NCBI GenBank assembly: GCA_965644315.1
Contig: CBFFRQ010000089.1
Span: forward strand, 558,001 to 622,000
Source: Caecitellus pseudoparvulus
Taxonomy: Eukaryota > Protista > Bigyra: Bicosoecida
DNA: 64,000 nt
Direction: 5' to 3'
Each line of letters begins with the position of its first letter. Position 1 is the stretch's first letter. A model generated the notes under the pieces. It saw nothing but the letters and a program-made list of their open reading frames with translations, did not search any database and was not told the origin of the DNA. This document shows, in pieces, positions 28,964-39,209 of this stretch. The position numbers were made by a program, and so were the translations under genes.

Positions 28964-31270
28964 CTAAGAATGTGGACGGGCCTTCAACGGGCTGATGCTG
29001 GGCAGCCGCAGTGGGAGTTGGTCTGGTGCTTGGGTGGCTCCTTTCACAGCGGCCGCTTGTCGGGCAGGCCCAGCCTTTGCCCGTCGTGGTTGTGCAAGCA
29101 CCTTTGGGGAGCCACTTTGCGTGACCAGTGCCCCCAGTCGTGGCATGCTGAGAGTGGCAGCTACAGGATGCTTTGCATGCTTTCCTGCTCCTGCAGTGGT
29201 TGCTTTGCGACGAACTGTCGCAGGCGCCTTGGAAGCTCTGCCAAGCCCGGCATTGGTTTTGGTTTTCTCGCCTATGCGGCCACGTCTAGTTCGCATAGGA
29301 CTGTGAAGAGCCATTGCGACTGATGGTAGCCGTGTTTGATCTCCTGAGGATGGTTTACTTATGGTGGACTTTGAGACGGGTTCTCTTGAATGGCAGGGAG
29401 CGACAGGGCAGACGCCTGTGGGCTCGGCTTCTCCACCGACCGACTCTGGTATGACGCCAGGCCCCTTGACCTTGAACACGTTGCAGATTGAGTGCCAACC
29501 AGCGCACGCATTTCTGCACTCAAGGCTTTCGCGACTCCACACTGCAGCAGGGTACAGTGCCCTGAACTTGGCCGCCTCCGCTTTCTGCAGTCCCAGAGGC
29601 CCGAAGAGTGTCGAGCTGCCTTCGGCTGCACTTGGAGAGTCAATGCCGCCAGCTGGTGCACTGAGAGGATCAATGTGGGATGAACAGTGCTGCTGAGTGT
29701 CAGCTGCAGCTGAGTGAGGTGCCTCGCCCGCTTGGGCCGCATGGTCTTGGGGGCTAGAAGAGCCGGTTTCGATGGGCACAGGCGTATGCGTGTATGACCG
29801 CAGCGCTTCGACAGCAGCGAGGGTCCTTTGCCCAGCGGCTCCATCTTGGGAACACCCCTCTCCTGGTTTGATAGGCGGCAGCAGTGGGTCCAGGACGCGA
29901 TCAAAGAGCAAGTGAATCATGTCATCCACCATGCGACGGTGCCATGGGTTCTGGTAGGACAGGGAGGGGTTGGAGTTCACTTCGATGAGCCACGGACGCA
30001 GAGCCGTATCCAGCATGAAATCATACCCTAGCAGCTCAAACCTGTGCTGAATGCAAGGCAAGGGCCGTTTGCCGAAGCCGTACTCTGCGCAGCCGTGCCT
30101 TGACTGCCCGCTGGTGCCGGGCTGTCGAAGCGCAGCCATGGTGTGCTTGATGATGCCACGGATTCGGGCCCAGAGCCCACACTCTGCCCTCCAAAGCACA
30201 GATGCTCCGTCCATACTACAAGCTTCCTGTGGTACCCCTTCGCTCGGCCGTTGCAAGCCACAGGGTCCGAGCACCGCCCCTGGAGGAGGTCCAGCGAAGA
30301 CCTCAGCTGGGGAAGGGGGCGCCTTCCACTGGCCTTCATGAAAGGGCAAGTAGTTCGTCCCCAAGTACCCTGCAAAATCGTCAAAGCCCAGGGTGTTCCC
30401 TGGCTCATGGGCCCCGAAGCGCCCGACCGAGCCCCCCCCGCCTTCCGGAGCCTTGTTCTTCACCTGCATGCAATAGTTGGTCAAGTGCACAAACGTCGCA
30501 TGGCTGTCCAGTGTGAATGGCTCGGAACTGGTGCGGATGTATCCCGGTCCGAACACCGCCACATCCCCAGAATCCGTCACTGCTACCCACACTCGAATGT
30601 CAAACTTCCTCCCATGCAACAGCAGAGGAGATTCGATGTACTTCTGCAGCACCCACGTGGGATTCAAACCCATGCTGCTGCGGGCAGCTTTTGTCCATAG
30701 GAAAGCTTCAATGGCCGTCAGGTCATTCAGCACTTGAATGCCGATCCCCCGGTTCTCGTTTGCGGGCTTGGCGAGCCACATGTTGCGGCAGTTTGCCTGC
30801 GATGCATAGCGCGCAAAAGCACGACAGAAGTCTCTCCACCCTTCCCAGTCACATGATGCCACGCCCCCCCTCGGCTGTACGATGAAGGTGGGTGGCATGT
30901 ACGGCGCAGTGGCATGTGGCGGCAGCTCGCTGCTGTGTTTGTGTGCATGAGACGCATACGCCGCCATGACGCGCGCCAGCCTGTCCTTCTCTGTCAGGGG
31001 CTCCAGGGCCTTCAAATGGTTGACCACGGCTCGCCTTCTGGGGTCCTTGTGCCCATGGGCGAACCGTGTCGCTGGCGGCTGCCGCATGTTTTGGCTGGTG
31101 GGCTTCCAGACGAAGTTCACAGGCCAGTGGCCGCCGCCTTCCACAGGCGCTTCGAACCTGAGTCGACCCCGGACCTCAATCGCTTTGCGGATAGGAGCAG
31201 AATTATTCCCGCTTTTGAACAGGAGCACGGAGTAGGGTGCTCTCGCCTCCTGCGTTGAAGTGGCGGCCAT
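28964..31270 (-). CDS. Tubulin-tyrosine ligase family (TTL/TTLL) protein
   Basis: WLAKPANENRGIGI, LQKYIESPLLLHGRKFDIRVWV, HLTNY, FELLGYDFMLD...PWLIEVNSNPS. Subfamily not assigned. Confidence 0.92.
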   Translation of the reverse strand: MAATSTQEARAPYSVLLFKSGNNSAPIRKAIEVRGRLRFEAPVEGGGHWPVNFVWKPTSQNMRQPPATRFAHGHKDPRRRAVVNHLKALEPLTEKDRLARVMAAYASHAHKHSSELPPHATAPYMPPTFIVQPRGGVASCDWEGWRDFCRAFARYASQANCRNMWLAKPANENRGIGIQVLNDLTAIEAFLWTKAARSSMGLNPTWVLQKYIESPLLLHGRKFDIRVWVAVTDSGDVAVFGPGYIRTSSEPFTLDSHATFVHLTNYCMQVKNKAPEGGGGSVGRFGAHEPGNTLGFDDFAGYLGTNYLPFHEGQWKAPPSPAEVFAGPPPGAVLGPCGLQRPSEGVPQEACSMDGASVLWRAECGLWARIRGIIKHTMAALRQPGTSGQSRHGCAEYGFGKRPLPCIQHRFELLGYDFMLDTALRPWLIEVNSNPSLSYQNPWHRRMVDDMIHLLFDRVLDPLLPPIKPGEGCSQDGAAGQRTLAAVEALRSYTHTPVPIETGSSSPQDHAAQAGEAPHSAAADTQQHCSSHIDPLSAPAGGIDSPSAAEGSSTLFGPLGLQKAEAAKFRALYPAAVWSRESLECRNACAGWHSICNVFKVKGPGVIPESVGGEAEPTGVCPVAPCHSREPVSKSTISKPSSGDQTRLPSVAMALHSPMRTRRGRIGEKTKTNAGLGRASKAPATVRRKATTAGAGKHAKHPVAATLSMPRLGALVTQSGSPKVLAQPRRAKAGPARQAAAVKGATQAPDQLPLRLPSISPLKARPHS

Positions 31271-31579
31271 GTTGGCATGCCCAGTTGCAGAAGTGATTTC
31301 CGCACGCTTCACGCCCCAAACGGAGCGTGTTCTCCGCCACAGGGGACTGAGGCAAGGTTTCCTACACTAAACCACAAGAAATGCGGATACTTAGAGGAGT
31401 TGAAGTAGCTTGGGGCTCGTTTGTGCCAGGTTCCAGTGCTTTGGGGGCAGCTGGCGTGTCTCACGGGGCTGTCTGCACCCAGGCCATGCAAAACGACCAT
31501 GGGTGCACCACACAAAAAGCAAAAGTGCATTGAGAAAAAGCCAAGACGGTAATACCCCACGGCAGGGTCTGCTGCTGTG

Positions 31580-34500
31580 TCATGCCATGCCAGGCACGGA
31601 AAACACCGAGGCTGGGTGGCCTGGCCCTGCCCCAGCGACAGGCTCCACATTGCACCACTCTTTCCATGCAGGGTGCACGGGGATGTTGGACTTGCCAGCA
31701 GGGAACAAAGCAGCGGACTTGCCTGCTGTGTGCGGGACGCCAAGGGAGCACAGCACTCTGCGCATGGACAGGCCTTGCCACAGAGCTTGCAGGTGGGCGT
31801 CACTCCACACTCGAGTGTGCAGGTTGGCGTCGCCCTGCGCAAGGGCTTCAAACTGCTCCCCGATGACATGCGCAAAGGAGGGGCCCACAAGTGCGCCGGG
31901 TACAGGGACCTCCAGGAGCCCGCCGATGAATGCGTCAACGTCCCTTGCAGCCACTCCCAGCTCACCGTAGGCAGCTTTCAAAGCTGCACCAGCTCCAGGC
32001 TGGAGCTCTGGCCTCAGCACACCTGGGCCCAGCCAACCCGCGCGCCGGGCAGCCAGCTGGAAGGCGTCCAGGCTTGGAATGCCATGGTCGCGGCCACGCT
32101 GGATGTTGATGGCAGGCAGATCCACCATGCCCCCTTGTGTGTGTGTGCCGAACAGCCGGTGGTGCACACCTGGTGCGAACGTTGCCCCAACCGGGCGGGA
32201 TGGCTGCCCGACGGAGCCCCGCAGGATGCGCGAGTACATGTTGGTCCACACGCTGCCATGGGTGCCGTACGGAAGGCTCTGTGGCAGCCCGTCGCTCTGC
32301 AGTGGGATGTCGCTGCCCAGCTCGACGAAGTACGAGTCATTCAAGCGGAGGTGTGGGCAGCCACGAGGCGACAGAGCACAGGCGGCGACATCAACAGCAA
32401 GGGAGTCAGCAGCTTGAGCATGGCCAAATCGAAAGGCGACGGTGGAGAACTCAGTGGAAATGCTGGGATTCCGAGTGGCATCGTAGCTGTCCGGCGTCAG
32501 GATACACTTGCCTTGTGGCTCCCTACGGCAGCCCGTGACCGTGGCGTTGTACCACCCTGAGCCAAGCAGGGCCGGGAGGTACTCATGGTACGTCCACATC
32601 TGCAGGACGGCCGCGACAGCTTCCCGCACAGTTTGAAAGACGGCTTCGTCCAGCACCTTGGCTTCCCCGGGCATATGCGCCTGCAGCTTGCTGCGCAGAT
32701 CACGTGGCAAGCTGGTATCGCGAGCCGACACTTCAGAGGCATGGCGCACCAGTGCCTTGGCAAGCCAGTTATGCAGGCGCACCAGGAGCGCATGAGTGGC
32801 AGTGAGGCCCAGCTGGGCATTGCCCCGAGGATCGCCTGTGGCAGTTAAACATGATGCAACCTTTGCCAGGGGATTGTCAGTGGGCACCATGCTGCGGGCA
32901 GCCAGGGGGAGACTGCCACTTCGGGGCTGGGAAGCCTGCTGGGAGCGATCCTTGCCTGCTAGGCACTTGGACAGCGTTTCCTTCTGCTGCATGGACCGCA
33001 TGGCGGAGGACATATCAGTGAAGGAGCTCTTCTCTTCTTCAGCATCCAGCAGCAGGCCGTTCACGTTCGCACGCAGGGCGTTGCCAACCTTGGGCCGTGC
33101 GCCATACACTGCAGACGCGTCAATGAACGCGGTCTGGTGGTTTATCTGCTGACGAGGCTTGCCGTGCTTCCCTGTGGCAGGGTCAAACATACTGCGTCGA
33201 ATTTTCAGCGTCGTGAATGCTGCAGGGTCATCCTCCTCCACGGTCATGGGCATGTACTCGGAGTTGGCAGCGTTGGGTTGGGGCGTGGAATGCGACAGCT
33301 CGTGAGCGAGGAACTGCCCGAAGTGCATGAACAGCGAGTTTACAACGGGCAACCCATCGACGTGCTGCACATGGTCTTCCGCAGCGTCTTCCATGCCCCA
33401 CAAGGACCGGTGCATCGTCCGGGTGATGTTGCGAGCGGAAGGCCGCGAAGCCCCAGCTGGGGCTGCAACTCCATCTTCATAGGCGGCAGAAAAGAGCCTG
33501 CGCAGGGTGGTCTTGCCAGCCCCCCAATCGGGGTTCGCGGCATTGTTTCCTCTGGCGTCCAGGGGTTGACCAGGCAGATTCTGCTCTAGGCGCTGGCGAA
33601 GGCGTGCCAGGAGCGCCTTGAGCACAGCAGGGGGAGCACGGACACCAGGGATTTCCTCGTCGCTTTCCACAGGAGTGAGGGGAACGCTGGCATCGGCTTG
33701 CCTGCTTTCGAATAGCGACTTGGCCTGCACCTGCCAGGCCGCCTTTCCCTCATCCTTGGTGTAAGCCGCCGAGCCTTGCTGTGCCGCAGGCACAGTGCAG
33801 CAAGTCTGCAAAGGGCTCACATCAGTGCAGTCGTTGGCCAGACAGCCTGCGTGGACTTGGGCTCGTGGAGGAGCCCCAGACCGCCACGGGTACTGTGCAG
33901 CACCACAAGATGCTGACTGCCCTGCTTCTCCCGCTGCGCCCACTTCCGCAACGCTGCAGCTCCCAGGAGGGGTATCACAGGGGGGTACCACCCGTAAAGT
34001 GCTTCCCAATGCTGACAGGGGAATGTCAGGCATGTGCATGGTGCAGCCCCTGTCATGCCAGGACACTTGCAGGTCCAGTGTCGCCTCTTTTGGCAGCTCA
34101 CCCAAGCCAAAGTGCAGCCAAGCGGGTGACTGGGCCAGGAAGTGTGAAGAGGAGCCCACTGTGCGGGCCTGCTGTGTCAGAATGGCACCGTCAGCGCCCA
34201 GCACACGCAACAAGACTGAGGCGCCGATGGCGTAGCGCTGGCGCCAGCCTGTGCGCACCTGCAGCCGCAGCCAGGAGCCGGCGAGGCTCGCCGCAGTGTT
34301 GTGCAGGAGCAGCGGAGGGCCAGCAAAGTTGGTCACAAGCGCATCCAGAGCACCGTCGGCGTCCATGTCCCACAGCGCCACTCCCCTACCATGCCCGGTG
34401 TCGTTGAAGCCCAACGCGTCGGCGCACGGCTCCCATGGAGCACTGGGCAAGAGCCCAAGGCGGTTAGCAGTCCCACTGACTGGGCCCTCCGCCTCAGGCA

Positions 34501-36193
34501 TCCACGTGAGGGGAGGTGCCTTGACTGCTGCGCACTGCTGCTGCCCAGGCAACTTCTTGCAAGCAGCAGGGGGGCAGTATGCCTGGCTCGCTGTGCTCTC
34601 CCAGTCCATCGCATCATCCAATGTGGACTCTGGCAGGGAGTAGCCGTTGTTCACAAGCAGTGCAGGTGTGCCAGAGTTGAGCAAGTCCGCGAAAACGCAA
34701 CCCCAAGCCCAGTGCGAGGCACGGGTTCCCGTCACGTCAGTGGCATTGGCCAGCCAGGTCCAATTGCCCTGCAGGAAGGCAAAGTTCAATGCACGCCGCA
34801 GGGCTTGCGACGACCCGGCAAACTCTCCACTTGCTTCTACTTGCTGTGCTTTCGCGCCGGGTTCCAGCCACTCCTCGCGCACCAGGTACAGCTCATTGCC
34901 TGAGGTGCCATAGCCTGTGTTGGCAACGCGGCGACGCCCGCCCTCCCCGTCGTTGCCCACTCCCCCATCGTCACCGTGAATGGCAGTGATGAACGTATCG
35001 GCTTCTATCCCCCTTCCCTGCAGGTCCCATGTGCAGGCGCCCATTCCGTTCTCTTCATACCCGAAGCCGTGGCCAAGGGATGCATCCGTAAAGGTGCCGT
35101 TTCCCGCACCGCGGAACAAGGCCGACGACCCGAAGTCAGCTGCAAGCAGCAAGTCCACACTCCCATCGCCATCCAGATCCCTCCACACAGGTGAGAAGGA
35201 GAAGATGCCGTTGGCCATGAGGGCGCTGTCGTCGTCTTGCACTTCCGCGGACAAGTATCTCGCGTGCACCAGCGCCGCCACGAGTCGCTCCAGCTGCAGG
35301 CCGGCAGAGGCAGTGGCATCTTCGAAGAAGCCCTGGCCCTTATTACGCAGAAGGACAGAGTTGCTCGGGCGCCAAGCTTTGGAGTGCACGGGGTCAGAGT
35401 GAGTCGCGATGCGCCACTCAGTCACATACAGATCCAGCCAGCCATCCCCATCAAAGTCCACGACGCCGATGGAGCCGCCTGCAGACAAGCCAGTGTCATG
35501 CTCCAGGCGGCCAGTGGCCCCACGGAGTGCTGCCTCCTCAGAGAAGTGGCCTGAGCCGTCATTCATGAACAGGCCGTGGGCAACACCCCCCATGGAGGTG
35601 ATGTACACGTCTTCGTCGCCATCGTTGTCGACGTCCACCAGTACCACACCATTGCTGCCCAACAGCACGCTGTGCTTGAAATTGCCGTGCTTCAGCGCTG
35701 GGTGCCCAGCAGGCGGGGCGGGCATCACGAGACCCGAGTCTTCGGGTCGCACGACCTGGAAGGTGCCGTTCCCGCTGGCTAGGTACAGCAGCGGCTGAGC
35801 GTGCAGGCGGGAGAAGATGAGGTCATCAGCGCCATCACCATTTACGTCTCCGATAGCCACACCGGCAGAGTTGCGCTCCTCCATGCATGCCCCTCCAGCT
35901 TCGTGCAGCGGGCTGTGCTCTGCTTGGGAGCCACTCTCCAAGAGCCTCCTCGCCATACTTCGCAGGCTGGATGGGCCGGAGCCACCAATGATAAAGACAT
36001 CATCTTCGACGTGCCGGAGGGTATCACTGCTGAAGTGAGTCTCTTGAAACAGGCAGTTTGGTGCCACAGCATACGACTCGGCGTGCACGTGGCTGACACC
36101 CGCACTTGCCGCGACGTTCTGCAGCACTGCTGACTCGGTGGGCGTTGCTACACATGCAGCTGCCAGCAGTAACACAACGTTAACCACGCGCAT
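31580..36193 (-). CDS. Secreted CRTAC1-like (FG-GAP repeats + ASPIC/UnbV) protein fused to a peroxidase-cyclooxygenase superfamily haem peroxidase (about 1537 aa)
   Basis: Signal peptide MRVVNVVLLLAAACVA; repeated DxDxDGxxD motifs; ASPIC-like AIGASV...SHFLAQS..WLHFGLG; then FGQFLAHE, TAFIDASAVYG, GDPRGN, AFRFGH, DLPAINIQRGRDHG, DAFIGGLLE. Confidence 0.9.
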   Translation of the reverse strand: MRVVNVVLLLAAACVATPTESAVLQNVAASAGVSHVHAESYAVAPNCLFQETHFSSDTLRHVEDDVFIIGGSGPSSLRSMARRLLESGSQAEHSPLHEAGGACMEERNSAGVAIGDVNGDGADDLIFSRLHAQPLLYLASGNGTFQVVRPEDSGLVMPAPPAGHPALKHGNFKHSVLLGSNGVVLVDVDNDGDEDVYITSMGGVAHGLFMNDGSGHFSEEAALRGATGRLEHDTGLSAGGSIGVVDFDGDGWLDLYVTEWRIATHSDPVHSKAWRPSNSVLLRNKGQGFFEDATASAGLQLERLVAALVHARYLSAEVQDDDSALMANGIFSFSPVWRDLDGDGSVDLLLAADFGSSALFRGAGNGTFTDASLGHGFGYEENGMGACTWDLQGRGIEADTFITAIHGDDGGVGNDGEGGRRRVANTGYGTSGNELYLVREEWLEPGAKAQQVEASGEFAGSSQALRRALNFAFLQGNWTWLANATDVTGTRASHWAWGCVFADLLNSGTPALLVNNGYSLPESTLDDAMDWESTASQAYCPPAACKKLPGQQQCAAVKAPPLTWMPEAEGPVSGTANRLGLLPSAPWEPCADALGFNDTGHGRGVALWDMDADGALDALVTNFAGPPLLLHNTAASLAGSWLRLQVRTGWRQRYAIGASVLLRVLGADGAILTQQARTVGSSSHFLAQSPAWLHFGLGELPKEATLDLQVSWHDRGCTMHMPDIPLSALGSTLRVVPPCDTPPGSCSVAEVGAAGEAGQSASCGAAQYPWRSGAPPRAQVHAGCLANDCTDVSPLQTCCTVPAAQQGSAAYTKDEGKAAWQVQAKSLFESRQADASVPLTPVESDEEIPGVRAPPAVLKALLARLRQRLEQNLPGQPLDARGNNAANPDWGAGKTTLRRLFSAAYEDGVAAPAGASRPSARNITRTMHRSLWGMEDAAEDHVQHVDGLPVVNSLFMHFGQFLAHELSHSTPQPNAANSEYMPMTVEEDDPAAFTTLKIRRSMFDPATGKHGKPRQQINHQTAFIDASAVYGARPKVGNALRANVNGLLLDAEEEKSSFTDMSSAMRSMQQKETLSKCLAGKDRSQQASQPRSGSLPLAARSMVPTDNPLAKVASCLTATGDPRGNAQLGLTATHALLVRLHNWLAKALVRHASEVSARDTSLPRDLRSKLQAHMPGEAKVLDEAVFQTVREAVAAVLQMWTYHEYLPALLGSGWYNATVTGCRREPQGKCILTPDSYDATRNPSISTEFSTVAFRFGHAQAADSLAVDVAACALSPRGCPHLRLNDSYFVELGSDIPLQSDGLPQSLPYGTHGSVWTNMYSRILRGSVGQPSRPVGATFAPGVHHRLFGTHTQGGMVDLPAINIQRGRDHGIPSLDAFQLAARRAGWLGPGVLRPELQPGAGAALKAAYGELGVAARDVDAFIGGLLEVPVPGALVGPSFAHVIGEQFEALAQGDANLHTRVWSDAHLQALWQGLSMRRVLCSLGVPHTAGKSAALFPAGKSNIPVHPAWKEWCNVEPVAGAGPGHPASVFSVPGMA

Positions 36194-36662
36194 GTTCCTG
36201 GGTGGATACAGAATGCTGCTCAGGTGGACTGTAGCGGGCAGCTGGGTCGGTGTCAGGCGACGATGGTGCACGCTTGCGACGAGGCCAGAAGCACCTGCAC
36301 TCGACTGCGCAGAGTCTTGCGAGACCTTCACCGTGCAATGGTATAGTGAATTGATGTTCGGGAAATGATTCCGTCAGGGAAGTTGGATTGTGTTTGCAGG
36401 CCGGCCGGGTTCAGTCACCCCGGCGAGGGATGTGCATTGCAGAGTTTCGCGCTGAAACGCCATGTAGCTCGACCAAGCCAGTTCCCCACCGCAAACACAT
36501 GTGGAATGTAAAGACTTCAACTGATTTTCGATGAACTTGGTGATGCAGCTTTGCATCGACCATCTTTCCAGACGGCGCTTGTGGTCTGCATTTCGCCCTC
36601 CCCGGCTTGCCTTGTCCAACCACACCACACGTCCTCGTCCCTGGACGTTGTAGAGGGCTGCC

Positions 36663-38954
36663 ATGTTGCGCTCACTTGTCTTTCTCGGGGCGATCTGCGC
36701 AGTGCAGAGTGTGCGTGTACAGCTGGGCATGTTCAACGTGTCCATTGGGGCTGGCCTGACGCTGAAAGTCTTGCATGCCGAGAGCGGCGCAGTGCTGTTT
36801 GCAAGCACAGGCGGATCTTTCCTCAGGGCAGTCCACGAAGACGTGCACTTCCAGCAGTCAGGGGGGATATTCAACGTGAACCGCAGTGTCACTGCCATCT
36901 GCAGTGCAGGCAATGGCACCTTCTCTTCACCCTCTGCAAGTGTCCTCTCTGGCTCGTTGACAATGTGTGGGGAAGCACGTGTGGACGTCACGTTCACTGC
37001 CACCTCCGTGCAAGACCCCCACGACGGGCAGCAGTTGCCCCTGCTTGACATTGATGTGGAAATCGCCAGTTCTGGGCCCGCAGGTTTCAATGCTCTGACG
37101 ATGGTGAGCGACATGGCCCCTGGCGTGGGCGTGTTTGGGCTGGGCGAGCAGTACACCTTGTTCAACCAACGGGGCAGCGCCTTTGATGTCATCGCACGGG
37201 AACAAGGTGTGGGGCGCGGCTTGGAGCCAGTCTCTGCCTACCTCGACTTGCTGCGCCCTGGCTCTGCGGGTGACACCTACACCACGTACACGTCCGTACC
37301 GCAGTGGGTTCGCTCAGACGGCCAGGGGCTTTTCCTGGCGGACACAGCCTTTGCACACGTCGATTTCACAGGAGCTTCGACGGCAAACGTCACTGTCAGT
37401 GGGCCCCGTCTTCAGGCTCGAGTGACTGCTGCTTTGGACGTCCCCGGGCAGGTGCAAGCCTACACGGCTTGGGCGGGACGGCAAGCCCCGCTGCCAGCGT
37501 GGGTGGGCGCTGGCGCCGTTGTGGGGCTGCAAGGCGGAGATGCCGCTGTGCGAGGGAACGTCACACAGTTCCTGGACTTTGTAGCGGCGGGCCTCGACAC
37601 GCCATACCCTCCCTCAGGCATAGGCCTCACGGCACCCCTCGCTGGGGCTTGGATGCAGGACTGGTCTGGGCAGCGTGTATTCAAGCTGCCCGACACCCCG
37701 CGCACTGGCCTGTGGTGGAACTGGCAGTATGACCACGTGGAGTACGCTGACTGGCCTGGCACGGTGCAGTGGCTTGCCGCACACGGCGTGCAGACATTGA
37801 GCTACGTGAACCCCATGCTCGCAAATGTTTCTGCACGCGTGCCTGCTCACTACAGCGTGAACTATGCTCAGGTAGCAGCAGACAAAGGCTACTGCGTCCA
37901 CGTTATGGGAGACGGTGGGGTGCCAGAGTGCTGGCGGGGGTACGGTGATTCGCTCCTGCTGGACCTCACGAACCCGGCAGCTGCCGAGTGGTACAAGGAC
38001 ATCATTGTGACAGAAATGCTGAAACCCGCTATGGGAGGGGGCGTTTCTGGGTGGATGGCAGACTTTGGCGAAGCATGGCCGTACAATGCCGTCACCAGCT
38101 CAGGGGAAGCGCTGCCGGCAGACCTGCACAACGCATACCCTGTGATGTGGGCTGAGCTGAACAAGCGAGCCGTGGAAGAAGCAGGGCTGTCAGGGCATGT
38201 GGCCTTCTTTTCTAGGTCCGCGTCGCAGCGGGGCCCCTCCGCCTCACCCTTGTACTGGATGGGAGACCAGATGGTCACTTTCGACGACTACGACGGCATG
38301 CAGACAGCGGTGGTCGCGATGCTGTCGTCAGGCCTCTCAGGGTTTGCGCTCACCCACAGTGACATTGGGGGCTACGTCTCGACGTTCTTCCCCCCCTTCC
38401 TGAACATCGTCCGCACACAGGAGGTGCAGTTGAGGTGGTCAGAGCTGGGAGCCTTCCAGGCCATGTACCGCTCCCACTTGGGCACACAGCCAGAGCACTG
38501 TGTGCAATCATACACAAACAATGCCACCATGCGTCAGTTTTTGCGCATGGCCAGGCTCTTCCGTGCTCTCGCTCCGATTCGACAGGCGTGCATGAAGGAG
38601 CACGTTGCTACGGGTGCGCCAATTGCACGGCCCATGTTCTGGCACTTTCCCGCGACGGGGTTCTCCTGGAGCCACGCGGAAGAACTCAAGCAGCAGTTCA
38701 TGTTTGGCGAGCACCTCTTGGTCGCCCCTGTTCTCACAGCAAACGTGACGAGTCGCAGCGTCTGGCTGCCGCCAGCAACAGCGTGGGTCCACGTGTGGAG
38801 CGCCCGGGTCGTGCAAGGCACAGGCGACTTCGTCGAAGTGCAAGCCCCCATCGGGGAGCCGCCTCTCTTTTTCCGCGACGACGTACCTGCCGGGCGCAGT
38901 GCTGGCGCGTCGTTGGTGCTCCGTCTCCAACATGAGGGGCTGCTGCCGGCGTGA
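36663..38954 (+). CDS. GH31 glycosidase, YihQ/sulfoquinovosidase-like, with signal peptide
   Basis: EQGVGRG, WMQDWSG, LWWNW, YVNP, nucleophile motif GWMADFGE, acid/base motif WMGDQ, HSDIGGY, RWSELGAF..YRSH. Confidence 0.88.
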   Translation: MLRSLVFLGAICAVQSVRVQLGMFNVSIGAGLTLKVLHAESGAVLFASTGGSFLRAVHEDVHFQQSGGIFNVNRSVTAICSAGNGTFSSPSASVLSGSLTMCGEARVDVTFTATSVQDPHDGQQLPLLDIDVEIASSGPAGFNALTMVSDMAPGVGVFGLGEQYTLFNQRGSAFDVIAREQGVGRGLEPVSAYLDLLRPGSAGDTYTTYTSVPQWVRSDGQGLFLADTAFAHVDFTGASTANVTVSGPRLQARVTAALDVPGQVQAYTAWAGRQAPLPAWVGAGAVVGLQGGDAAVRGNVTQFLDFVAAGLDTPYPPSGIGLTAPLAGAWMQDWSGQRVFKLPDTPRTGLWWNWQYDHVEYADWPGTVQWLAAHGVQTLSYVNPMLANVSARVPAHYSVNYAQVAADKGYCVHVMGDGGVPECWRGYGDSLLLDLTNPAAAEWYKDIIVTEMLKPAMGGGVSGWMADFGEAWPYNAVTSSGEALPADLHNAYPVMWAELNKRAVEEAGLSGHVAFFSRSASQRGPSASPLYWMGDQMVTFDDYDGMQTAVVAMLSSGLSGFALTHSDIGGYVSTFFPPFLNIVRTQEVQLRWSELGAFQAMYRSHLGTQPEHCVQSYTNNATMRQFLRMARLFRALAPIRQACMKEHVATGAPIARPMFWHFPATGFSWSHAEELKQQFMFGEHLLVAPVLTANVTSRSVWLPPATAWVHVWSARVVQGTGDFVEVQAPIGEPPLFFRDDVPAGRSAGASLVLRLQHEGLLPA

Positions 38955-39209
38955 GCCAGGCGGCAAACGTTGTGAAGGGGGGTCCCGGCTGCAAGCCAAA
39001 CTGACACAGAGCGCAAAATTAATTCACACACTATCCCACCACCGCTCCCGCTGGGTTGTGTTGGTGGAGTGGGCAGCCCAGTGTGTTCTACACGGACTGT
39101 GCAGGGGACAGGCGGTGGTGCTGCTGTGGCGTGCATATTCCGCTGTGTTGCAGCTTGGAGGCGCTTTCACGGGGCCGCGAAGGGTCGGCGCCTCTGCTGA
39201 CTGGGCAGG

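Noticed and set aside
31580-38954. Lack of introns as evidence of recent horizontal transfer
   Set aside because: Clearly native large genes here (Piezo, MTR4, PLD, TTLL) are also intronless, and I see no compositional break; phylogeny would be needed.
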